From the human T2T-CHM13v2.0 reference genome, Homo sapiens, in NCBI RefSeq assembly GCF_009914755.1, contig NC_060932.1: a stretch of 64,000 bases of DNA. The stretch is one strand, 5' to 3'. Position numbers and translations under genes: made by a program. Shown piece after piece: positions 19,701 to 32,300 of the stretch. Below the pieces are notes generated by a model that saw nothing but the letters and a program-made list of their open reading frames with translations, was not told where the DNA came from and made no database searches. Position 1 is the first letter of the stretch. Each line of letters opens with the position of its first letter.

Positions 19701-22700
19701 TTAACCATTTCCATTAGGTTTTTTAGTTTGTTGGCATATAGTTATCTGGAATAATCTCTAATGAGATTTTGTATTTCTGGCATTAGTTTTAATGCCTCCT
19801 GTTTTGTTTTTGCTTTTATTTATTCAGGCCTTTTGTCTTTTTTTTTGTTATTTGTCTAGTGAAAGGTTTCATGCTTTTGTTTATTTTTTCAAAGAAACCA
19901 ACTTTTTGTTTCATTGATCTTTTGTATTTTTTAGTCTCAATTTTGTTTACTTTTGCTCTGATATTTATTATTTCTTCCTTAGACTAATTTTGGGTTTGGT
20001 TTGTTCTTACTTTTCTAGCCCTTTGAGATGAATTGTTAGGTTGCTTATTTAAAATATTTCTACTTTTTTGATGTAGGCATTTATTCCATAAACTTCCTCT
20101 TAATACTGCCTTTGCTGTACCACATAGGTTTTGGTGTGTTGTATTTCTTTTTTTATTTGTTTCATGAAATTTTCAAATATTCTTCTTCATTTCTTAATTG
20201 ACTCATTGGACATTCATAGCACATTGTTTAATTTTTATGTATTTGTACTATTTTGAAAGTTCTCTTGTTATTATTTCCAAGTTAATTCCACTGTGGTCAG
20301 AAAAAATATTTGAGACTCGTTTTGTGGCCTAACATGTGGTTTATACTGGAGAATGTTCTATGTGCTGATGAAAAGAATATGCATTTCATAGCTGTTAGAT
20401 GAAATGTTTTGTAAATGTCTATTAGGTCCATTTGGTCTAAAGTGCAGTTTAAATCCAATGTTTCTTTTGATTTTCTGTCTAGATAATTTGTCTAATGCTG
20501 ACAGGGGGATGTTGAAGTCCCCAAGCTATGATTTCATTGGCATCTATCCCTCTCTTTAGATCTAACAATATTTGCTTTATATACCTGAGTGCTGTGGTGT
20601 TGGGTGTGTATATATTTACAATTGTTATATGCTTTTGCTGCATTGATTCCTTCATTATTATACAATGACCTTTTCATCTCTTTTCACAATTTTCCACTTA
20701 AAGTCTGTTTTATCCAATATAAATAAAGCTACTCTTGCTCTTTGGTTTCCATTTGCATGGAATATCTTTTTCCATCCCTTTACTTTCAGTCTATATGTGT
20801 CTTTTTAGGTGACATGAGTTTCTTGTAGGTAACATATGGTTAGGTCACTTAAAATCCATTTAGCCAGTGTGCATCTTTTAATAGGGGAATTTAATCCATT
20901 TACATTCAAGATTATTACTGATAGGCAAGGACTTACTCATGTTATTTTGTTAATTATTTTCTGGTTGTTTTACATATATTTTGTTCTTTTGTTCCTGTTT
21001 TATTGTTTATCATTACAGTTTGGAGATTTTATGCAGTGATAAGTTTTGATTATTTTCTTTTTTCCTTTGTGTAACTGCTTTATTAGTGAGTTTTTTACTT
21101 TTGCATGTTTTTATGATAGTGATTATTATTTTTTCACATCCAGATGTGGGAGTCCCTTGAGCATTTCTTATAGGGCTGGTCTAACAGTGATGAATTTCCT
21201 TAGTTTATGCTTGTCTGCAAATGACTTTATTTCTCTCTCATTTTTGAAGGATAGCCTTGCTGGGTATAGTATTCTTTCTCGGCAATAGTTTTCTTTCAGC
21301 AATTTGAATGTATCATTCCATTCTTTCCTGGCCTGTAAGGTTTCTGTGGAGAAGTCTGCTGTATGTGAATATGGATTCTCTTACATGTGACTTGACTCTA
21401 TTCTCTTGCTGTTTCTGGAATTCTCACTTTGTTTTTGACTTTTGATGATTTGACTATAATGTAATTCAAGGAGGTCCCTTTGGGGTTGAATCTATTTGAG
21501 GATCTTTGAGATTCTTGGATCTGGATGCCCATATCTTTCCCGAGACTTGGGAAATTTTAAAATATCATGTCATTAAATAGGATTTCTATATATTTTTCTT
21601 TATCTTCTCCTTCTGGAACTCCCGTAATACCAACATTTGTTTGCTTAGTGGTGTTATATAAGTCTTGTAGATTTTCTTCATGTTTTTTTCATTCTTATTT
21701 CTTTTTTTCTCTCTGACTAATTTCTAATGACCTATCTTCAGAGACCTTTTTCTCTTGATCAAATCTGGTATTGAAACTCTCTATCGTATTTTTTCATTGT
21801 ACTTCATTCATCAAATTATTCAGCTGTGAGATTTCTATTTGGTTCTTTTGTAAAAAACGATTCCTATCTGTTGAATTTTCATTCATATTGTGAATTGTAT
21901 TTCTGATTTTGTTGAATTGTTCATCTGTATTTTCTTATATTTCATTGAGTTTCCTTAGGATTATTATTTTAGCTTCTTTTTTTGGTAATTCATTGATTTC
22001 CTTTTCATTGGGTTCTCTTACTACACAGTTACGATGTTCCTCTGGTGCTGTCATATTTCCTTGCTTTTTCATGTTTATTGTGTCCCTGGATTCATGCTTA
22101 TGCATCTGGTGGAACAATCATCTCTTTCAAACTTTCTAGTGTGGCTTTCATAGATTAAGAATTTCACCTGTAGTTAATTTTAGTGTGCCAGTTGGGAAGG
22201 TTATGGTGGTTCTGCTTCCAGACAGGTGCAGTGCTATAGCCTCTGTGCAGATACTTCAGCAGCTGTGTTCGACATTTGCAATAACTGTGGGTCCCTTAGT
22301 GGTCTAGGCTGTAGAAGTTTGTGGTAACAGTGGCAGTGGTGTAGGCTGTTAACATCCTTAGTGTCAAGGTCTTTTGGGGTTCTTCTATTCTTATTTTCCC
22401 AACAATGATGAGACTTAGCCAAGGGGATCCATCTTGATGTCAGGTCTGACATGGCCTACAAGCAGCAATAACAGTGCAGTTTCCAGGTGCAGGTGCTCAG
22501 AGTACCTACAGGGACAGGGTCCTAGGCTCAGGGTCTCATGAACCTATTGTGGCACCTGGTTCTTGGGGTGCAAGTTCACTCTCTGTGGCAGGGTTGAATA
22601 TAGATTGCCCGGAGAGTCAGGATCTGTGACTGAGGCACTCCCTGGCATCTTGGGCCCAGGGAGTTGGTTGTAGCTGTTATTATACCTCTGAGAAGCAAGG

Positions 22701-24096
22701 CATAGCACTTGCCTGATTCTGAGGAAGAACAGGTGTTTGGAATATTTGGGTCTTGGAAGTAGTAGGGTATGGCTGCAATTCAGGAACCTGAGCCAATAGA
22801 TCTCAGTGGCAACTTGGGTACCAGGGGATGAGTCACTGTGTAGTAGTGACACTATACCCTGGAATTTAGGGTTTGACAGTATACTAGATTCGGTGAGACC
22901 AGGTGCAGCAACAGCAAGTACCCCAAAATGGCAGAGCACAGCTGTTGTTTGGGCCCTGGGGGCAGACAACAACATGCTAATGGCTCCACTTCCCAAGTAG
23001 AGGGATGTGTCACAGTTCGGCCTAAAGGGAGCTAGTTCAGTTCCAGGGAAGCAGGGCATCAGAGTTCTTACGCCTGTAGGGTGAGGTGTCTCAACCCAGC
23101 CACTTCTCTGTTTATTTGGGATGTAATGTACTGTGTCACCTCAGTCCTGGGATGCCCAGCTATTCAGCTCAGCCATGATACCAATTCCCCAGGGGGCAGT
23201 GTGTTGCTTCTGCTCAGGCCTTGTGGGGCAGGAACTATTCTGAGTGGCCCAGGCACCATTTCCCTGGGATGCAGGGCACCACTTCAGCTTAGGTGCTAGG
23301 GTATGCAACCACTCTGGGCGACCAAGGCACCATTTCTTAGGATGCAGGGTACTTCTTCAGTCTAGGTACTGGAAAGGCTGCTCTGTGTGGCTAAGGTGGT
23401 TTTTTTTAGCAGGCAGGGAATCACTTCAACTTGGGTAGGTGAAACGACTCCACTTCTGCTTGCCTATGAGGAAGCTGTAATAGCTGTTTACAGCTCAGCT
23501 TGGGGCTGTTGGGACACCAGCCTGGGGTGGTTTGGTGGTGGCTTAGCATCAGGGATGAAGGGGATCTGTGGCTATTTGCCTCCAGAACAAGATACACTCC
23601 AGCTGTAGTTCCAATTCCAAGATGGTGTAGTGCAATAGCTGCACAGGCCACAGGGGTTGGGGTATAATATTGGTTTCTTCTCTGTGGGGAGCACAGCTAA
23701 GTGCTCCAGGCAGCTACCTCAGTTGGGCTTACTGCCTGTGAGCACTGCAGGGGACCCCATTGGTGAGTTCTCTAGGTGTCCAATGTGTTGATGGGGGTTG
23801 CTAGGCTCCCCTTGCTTACCTCCTCATTGTAGAGAGAGGTTTCTCCTAGTTTCCAGCTGATCCCATTTGGGGGATGGGGTGGTGAAGGATCAGAATTTCC
23901 TTCTGTTCTCTGTGTGTCTATCCCTAGTTTCTGTGCTTACCAGGGTTTTTGTTATGCCTCAGATGCACTCCAGCACTCTCCCTCAGTTATTTTCATGAAA
24001 ATATCGCTGTTTATTCATTGTTCTGGATGTCTTTGTGAGGGGAATGGGCACTAGGGGCTTCTAATTAATTGGCTCTCTTGCTGATGTCACTCTCTC
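16710..24096 (-). mobile_element. Near full-length old L1 (L1MA/L1M2-like) including ORF2, ORF1 and ~2 kb 5'UTR
   Basis: L1MA 3'UTR piece 16710-16845; ORF2 remnants; ORF1 N-terminus (MKKQGNMTAP, 21935-22117); GC-richer 5'UTR ending in the reverse complement of GAGAGTGACATCAGCAAGA. Confidence 0.88.
18015..18860 (-). mobile_element. L1PA15/16-like 3' end nested in L1MA
   Basis: TTTTAGATTCAGGGGGTACATGTG..AATGCTGAGGTTT; degenerate TSD GGTTGGAGCTTT / GGTGTAGCTTT. Confidence 0.85.
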
Positions 24097-24360
24097 TTAA
24101 TTTGGCTATTCTAGTTCCTTTGCCCTAAATATTTATACAATTTTAAGAATCAGCTTAACATCTACAAAAGTTGGAATTTTGATTCAGATTACTTTGAATG
24201 TATAGATGAATTTTTAAATAGATATGCTGAAAAAGATATCCTTTTCTTCACCCCCATCTTAAGGATAATGCACTGTCTTTCACCATTACTTATTATGATG
24301 TTAGCTATAGATTTTTTGCAGATGCACATTATCAGGTTGAGGAAGAAAGTTCTCTTGTAG

Positions 24361-24672
24361 GCTGTGTGCAATGGTTCATGCCTGCAATCCCAGCGCTTTG
24401 GGAGGCCAACGTGGGCAGATCACTTGAGCCCTGGAGTTTGAGATCAGCCTGGGCAACATGGCAAAACCCTACCTCTACAAAAAAAAAAAAAAAAAGAAAA
24501 AAAAATTAGCCGGGTGTGATGGCGTGCATCTGTAATAGTCCCAACCACTGGGGGCGGGCGGTGTTGAGGCAAGAGGATTGCTTGAGCCCAGGAAGTCGAG
24601 GCTGCGGTGAGCTGAGATCGCACCACTGCAATCCAGCCTGGGTGACAGAGAAAGACCCTACTTTAAAAAAAG
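24361..24672 (+). mobile_element. AluJ
   Basis: GGATTGCTTGAGCCCAGGAAGTCGAGGCTGC and GCCTGGGCAACATGGC diagnostics; expanded mid-A tract. Confidence 0.92.
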
Positions 24673-25384
24673 AAGATTTTTTAATATTGAACCAGCTTTG
24701 CATTTCTAGATAACCTCCAGTTTGCTCATGATGAATTGTACTTTTATATGTTGCTGGATTCAATTTACTCATGTTTTGTTGAGGATTTATACATCTATAT
24801 TCATAAAGATAGTGGTTGCAGTTTTTAAAATATAATGTCTTTTTCTGGTTTTGATATTAGTGTGATGTTGACCTCATAAAATGAGTTGGGAAGTGTTTTT
24901 CCCTCCTGCATTTTCTAGAAGAGATAGTGTAGAATTAATATTGTTTGTTCCATAAATGTTTGGTAGAAATTGCCAATGAAATTATCTGGACCTGGATTTT
25001 ATAGAAATATTTTTAATTTCTTTAATATATACAGTAATATTTAGATTTTCTATCTCTTTTTGAGTGAGTTTTGTTATTCTGTCTTTCAAGACACTGGTCC
25101 ATTTGACATAAGTTGTTAAATTTATGGGCCGACGGTCGTTTGTAGTATTATTATCCTTTTAATGTATATGGGGACTCATTCTTGATATTGGTAATGCGTA
25201 TGTTCTGTTTTTTTTTTTCTTGGTCAGTCTGTCTACAGGCTTACAAATTTATTTAATCTTTCAAAGAACCAGCTTTCAGTTCATTGATTTTCTTCATTGT
25301 TTTGTTTAAAAAATTTTATGGATCCCTGGTTCTTAGATATATTTTTTCCTTCTTTCTGCTTGGTTTGGGTTTATATTGTTCTTT

Positions 25385-27130
25385 TTTTACTTTTTAAATT
25401 TTTGTGGGCATATAGTAGGTATATATATTAATGGGATGTATGAGATATTTTGAATCAGCCATACAATGTGTAATAATCACATCAGGGTAAATGAGGTACC
25501 CATCACCTCAAAGCATTTATCCTTTATGTTACAAACAATCCAATTATACTCTTTTAGTTATTTAAAAATGTACAATTAAATTATTGTTGCCTATAGTCAC
25601 CCTGTTTTGCGAGCAAATACTAAATCTTATTCATTCTAACCAATTTTTTGTACCAATGGACCATCCCCCCTTCTTCTTCACCCCATTCCCCACTACCCTT
25701 CCCAGCCTGTTCTACCCATCATTCTACCCTCTATCTCCATGAGTTCAATTGTTTTAATTTTTAGCTCCTGCAGAAAAGTGAGAACATGTGATGTTTGTCT
25801 TTCTGTGCCTGGCTTATTTCACTTTACATAATGACTCCCACTTCCATCCATGCTGTTGTTGCAAATGACAGGATCTCTTTTTTTATGGTTGAATATACTC
25901 CATTATGTGTATGTACCACTTTTTCTTTATCCATTTATCTGTTGATGGACACTTAGGTTGCTTCCAAAACTTGACTATTGTGAATAGTGCTGCAATTAAC
26001 GCAGGAGTGCAGATATCTCTTCAGTATACTGATTTCCTTTCTTTTGGGTATATACCCAGCAGTGAATTCCTGAATCATGGTAGCTCTATTTTTAGTTTTT
26101 TGAGAAACCTCTGTACTATTCTCCATAGTGGTTATACTAATTTACATTACCACCAACAGGGTACAAGGGTTCCTTTCCTCCACATCTTCACCAGCATTTA
26201 TTATTTTGCCTGTCTTTTGGATAAAAGCCATTTTAACTGGGATGAGATGATATTGTAGTTTTAATTTGCTTTTCTTTGATGATCAGTGACTTTGAGCACC
26301 TTTTCATATACTTATTTGCCATTTGTATATCTCTTTTGAGAAATGTCTATTCAGACCTTTTACCCACTTTTAAATAGGATTATTAGATTTTTTTCTGTAG
26401 AGTTGTTTGAGCTATTCTGGTTATTACTCCTTTGTCAGATGAATAGCTTGCAAATATTTTCTCCCATTCCGTGGGTTATCTCTTCACTTTGTGGATTGTT
26501 TCCTTTGCTGTGCAAAAGCTTTTTAACTTGATGTGATACCATTTTGCTTTGGTTGCCTGTGCAACCAAATGGGATATTACTCAAGAAATGTAATTACTTT
26601 TACATTTATTTAATGTAGAGGATTACTCAAAAAATCTTTGCCCACTTCAATGTCCTGAAGCTTTTCCCCAATGTTTTCTTTCAGTAGTTTCATAGTTTGA
26701 GGTCTTAGATTTAAGTCTGTAATCCATTTTGATTTGATTTTTGTATATGGTGAGGGATAGGGGTCTAGTTTCATTCTTTTACATATGGATATCCAGTTTT
26801 CCCAGCAGTATTTATTGAAGAGACTATCCTTTCTCCAATAAACATTCTTGGCTTCTTTGTCAAAAATGAGTTCACTGTAACTGTTAAATGTATGGATTTG
26901 TTTCTGGGTTCCCTATTTTATTCCATTGATCGATGTGTCTCTTTCTATGCCAGTACCATGCTGTTTTGGTTACTATAGCTCTAGCATAATTTGAAGTTAG
27001 GTATTGTGATTCCTTCACCTTTGGTCTTTTTGCGCAGGACAGCTTTGGCTATTCTGGGTCTTTAGTGGTTCCATATACATTTTAGGATTGATTTTTTCTA
27101 TTTCTGTGACGAATGTCTTTGGTATTTTGA
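25385..27130 (-). mobile_element. L1MA2/3-like 3' portion
   Basis: TTTTTGTGGGCATATAGTAGGTATATATATT..AATAATCACATCAGGGTAAATG. Confidence 0.85.
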
Positions 27131-27570
27131 TGTGGGGTTGTATAGAGTTTTACCCTGCAAACTTTGCTATATTGTACTGTCATTTTAATTCAGTTCAAAA
27201 TATTTTCTAATTTTCTTTGAGACTTCCTCTTTGACCTATGGCTTATTTAGAAATGTTTTGTGTAAGTTTCACATATTTGGGAATTTTCCTGATATATTTC
27301 TGTTATTAATATCTAGTTTAATTCCTTTATGGTTCAAGAACATACTTTAACATTTCTCTTTTTTAAAATGTGTTACTGTTTTATATTATTTTTCTTTATC
27401 TGAGAGTGTTCTTATTTTATCATAATTTACAATGGATATTTTCACTGGATATAGAACTCAATAGTTCTTTTCTTTCATCACTTTAAAGATGTCCTACTCT
27501 CTTTTGACTTCTGTGTTTTCTGATGAGAGTTCTGCAGTCAAATTTTTGATCTCCTATATGTGATATGCCA

Positions 27571-27787
<217 letters not shown>

Positions 27788-28719
27788 ATGTATCATTTTT
27801 CTGTGGTGGCTTCCAAGATTAAAAAAATTTGTCTTCGGTGTAAGGCATTTTATTGTGCTGTGTCTGTGCATGCTTTTCTTTAAGTTTATCCTATTTGGGG
27901 TTTGCTGAACTTCATGACTCTCTAAATTTATTACTTTCATTGAATTTTTTCAAGGATTTATTTCTGCACCAGTGTCTTTTTCCTTTCCTTTAGTGACTTT
28001 AATGAGAAAACAAGAGAAATTGAGCATCTTCCCATACTCCTCAACTCACTGGGATCCCTTTTTCCAATCCCTTTGCCAGGAAGACAGTTTTTTTTTTTTT
28101 TTTAAGAGAGATTTTGCTGCCTGTATCCACTGCTCAATTTTGCATGGGGAGTCACTTGTTAGTACAAGCTGGATGATAAATGTGTAAATAAAACTGTAAA
28201 ACTCACCCCTATTGCAGATCCATCTTTAAGCTTGGGCTCTCTTTGCACTTTGGCTCCTATTGATTTTTCAGTTTCCCTATAGTTGCTTTTTAATTATGTC
28301 CAGAGTTATTAGTTGCAGTAAGTGGCAGAGAGGGGCTGTAGTACGCTTGCTCCTTTTGGCTGTAAGTGTCACCACTGATTTTTTAAAATTTAATAATACA
28401 TCTTGCAGATGCTTCCATGTCAGCACATACAAATTTGCTTTACTCATTTTAAAGTGACAGAGTTCTCCCTTTTTTGGATATATTATTGTTTATATAATAA
28501 ATTGTTTATTTTGTTGCTAATAACAAAGCTGAGATCATTTTAATACATATATCTTGTTATATTTTTTGAGAGTATCTGTAGAGTGCATTTCTAGCTACAG
28601 AATAATGATTCAAAAAAGATGTGCATACACAATTAGCATCTAAAAATGTACACTTCTATGAACAGTGCCTGAGAATGCTCATTTTTCCACACTCATTGCT
28701 TGACTGGATGCCTAAAAAT

Positions 28720-28769
28720 GTGCACTCCAGCCTGGGTGATGGGAGTGAAACTCTGTGTAAAAAAAAAAA
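28720..28769 (+). mobile_element. Alu 3' terminal fragment
   Basis: GCACTCCAGCCTGGGTGA..GAGTGAAACTCTGT followed by poly-A. Confidence 0.75.
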
Positions 28770-28965
28770 TTAGTCTTTTTTTTTCTGATAACTGCTTGGG
28801 GTTCATGTTTCTTTAGAAAGGTTACTTCCCACTCCCAAACCCTTAATAGAGATTTTAAATAAATTCACCCAGATCTTCCACTGGTTACTTTATATAATTT
28901 TATTCAGTCTGCATTCTTTACCCCTGGCAGCCAATGCAAAAATGGTGAATTAAAAAGGAACTCCA

Positions 28966-29280
<315 letters not shown>

Positions 29281-29319
29281 AGGAACTCCAATATTTTAGC
29301 ATACTTGGCTCATGTATCC

Positions 29320-32300
29320 TTTTTTAAATTATTATACTTTAAGTTCTAGGGTACATGGGTGCAACGTGCAGGTTTGTTACATATGTACACATGTGCCATG
29401 TTGGTGTACTGCACCGGTTAACTTGACATTTACATTAGGTATATCTCCTAATGCTATCCCTCCCCTACCCCCGACCCCACTACAGGCCCTGGTGTGTGAT
29501 ATTCCCCACCTGTGTCCAAGTGTTCTCATTGTTCAATTCCCACCTATGAGTGAGAACATGTGGTGTTTAGTTTTCTGTCCTTGCTATAGTTTGCTGAGAA
29601 TGATGGTTTCCAGCTTCATCCATGTCCCTACGAAGGACATGAACTCATCCTTTTTTATGGCTGCATAGTATTTCATGGTATATATGTGCCACGTTTTCTT
29701 AATCCAGTCTATCATTGATGGACCTTTGCGTTGGTTCCAAGTCTTTGCTATTGTGAATAGTGCTTCAATAAACATACGTGTGCATGTGTCTTTATAGCAG
29801 CATGATTTATAATCTTTTGGGTATATACCCAGTAATGGGATTGCTGGGTCAAATGGTATTTCTAGTTCTAGATCCCTGAGGAATCGCCACACTGTCTTCC
29901 ACAATAGTTGAACTAGTTTACAGTCCCAGCAACAGTGTTAAAGTGTTCCTATTTCTCCACATCCCCTCCAGCATCTGTTGTTTCCTGACTTTTTAATGAT
30001 CAGCATTCTAACTGGTGTGAGATGGTATCTCATTGTGGTTTTGATTTGCATTTCTCTGATGGCCAGTGATGATGAGCATTTTTTCATGTGTCTGTTGGCT
30101 GCATAAATGTCTTCTTTTGAGAAGTGTCTGTTCATATCCTTCACCCACTTTTTGAAGGGGTGTTTGGTTTTTTTCCTTGTAAATTTGTTGAAGTTCTTTG
30201 TAGATTCTGGATATTAGCCCTTTGTCAGACAGGTAGATTGTAAAAATTTTCTCCCATTCTGTAGGTTGCCTGTTCACTCTGATGGTAGTTTCTTTTGCTG
30301 TGCAGAAGCTCTTTAGTTTAATTAGATCCAATTTGTCAATTTTGTCTTTTGTTGCCATTGCTTTTGGTGTTTTAGTCATGAAGTCCTTGCCCATGCCTGT
30401 GTTCTGAATGGTATTGCCTAGGTTCTCTTCAAGGGTTTTTGTGGTTTAGGTCTAACATTTAAGTCTTTAATCCATCTTGAATTAGCTTTTGTGTAAGGTG
30501 AAGGAAGGGATCCAGTTTCAGCTTTCTACATAAGGCTAGCCAGTTTTCCCAGCACCATTTATTAAATACGGAATCCTTTCCCCATTGCTTGTTTTTGTCA
30601 GGTTTGTCAAAGATCAGATGGCTGTAGATGTGGGGTATTATTTCTGAGGTCTCCATTTTGTTCCATTGGTCTATATATCTGTTTTGGTACCATGCTGTTT
30701 TGGTTACTGTAGCCTTGTAGTATAGTTTGAAGTCAGGTAGCATGATACCTCCAGCTTTGTTCTTTTTGCTTAGGATTGTCTTTGCTATGTGGGCTCTTTT
30801 TTGGTTCCATATGAACTTTAAGGTAGTTTTTTCCAATTCTGTGAAGAAAGTCATTGGTATCTTGATGGGGATGGCATTGAATCTATAAATTATCTTGGGC
30901 AGTATGGCCATTTTCACAAGATTGATTCTTCCTATCCATGAGCATGGAATGTTCTTCGATTTGTTTGTGTCCTCTTTTATTTCATTGAGCAGTGGTTTGT
31001 AGTTCTCCTTGAAGAGGTCCTTCACATCCCTTGTAAGTTGGATTCCTAAGTATTTTATTCTGTTTGAAGCAATTGTGAATGGGAGTTCACTCATGATTTG
31101 GCTCTCTGTTTGTCTGTTCTTGGTGTATAGGAATGCTTGTGATTTTTGCACATTGATTTTGTATCCTGAGACTTTGCTGAAGTTGCTTATCAGCTTAAGG
31201 AGATTTTGGGCTGAGTTGATGGGGTTTTGTAAATATACAATCATGTCATTTGCAAACAGGGAAAATTTGAATACCCTTTGTTTCTTTCTACTGCCTGATT
31301 GCCCTGGCCAGAACTTCCAACACTCTGTTGAGTGGTGAGAGAGGGCATCCCTGTCTTGTGCCAGTTTTCAAAGGGAATGCTTTCTGCTTTTGTCCATTCA
31401 GTATGATATTGGCTGTGGGTTTGTCATAAATAGCTCTTATTATTTTGAGATAACGTCTCATCAGTACCTTGTTTATTGAGAGTTTTTAGCATGAAGCGCT
31501 GTTGAATTTTGTTGAAGGCCTTTTCTGCATCTATTTCTGCATCTATTGAGATAATCATGTGGTTTCTTTTTTGGTTCTGTTTATATGATGGATTATGTGT
31601 ATTGATTTGCATATGTTGAACCAGCCTTGCATCCCAGGGATGAAGCCAACTTGATCATGTTTGATAGGCTTCTTGATGTGCTGCTGGATTTGGTTTTCCA
31701 GTATTTTATGAAGATTTTTGCATTGATGTTCATTAGGGATATTGGTCTAAAATTCTTTTTTTTTTGTTGTGGTTCCGCCAGGCTTTGGTATCAGGATGAT
31801 GCTGGCCTCATAAAATGAGTTAGGGAGCATTCTCTCTTTTTCTACTGATTGGTGTAGTTTCAGAAGGAATGGTACCAGCTCCTCTTTGTACCTCTGGTAG
31901 AATTCGGCTGTGAATCCGTGTGATCCTGGACTTTTTTTGGTTGGTAGGCTACTAATTATTGCCTCAATTTCAGAGCCTGTTATTGGCCTATTCAGGGATT
32001 CAACTTCCTGGTTTAGTCTTGGGAGGGTGCATGTGTCCAGGAATTTATCCATTTCTTCTAGATTTTCTAGTTTATTTGTGTAGAGGTGTTTATAGTATTC
32101 TCTGATGGTAGTTTGTATTTCTGTGGGGTTGGTGGTGATATCCCCTTTATCATTTTTTATTGTGTATATTTTATTCTTCTTTCTTTTCTTCTTTATTAGT
32201 CTTGCTGGCAGTCTATCAATTTTGTTGATCTTTTCAAAAAACCAGCTCCTGGATTCATTGATTTTTTAAAGGGTTTTTTGTGTCTCTCTCTCGTTCAATT

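Noticed and set aside
22140-24096. GC-richer block or the 171-aa ORF as a host promoter or gene
   Set aside because: It is CpG-depleted and continuous with L1 ORF1, so it is the old L1 5'UTR.
30459-31244. 261-aa ORF as an active reverse transcriptase
   Set aside because: It starts after the catalytic FADD motif, and the element has multiple deletions and frameshifts.
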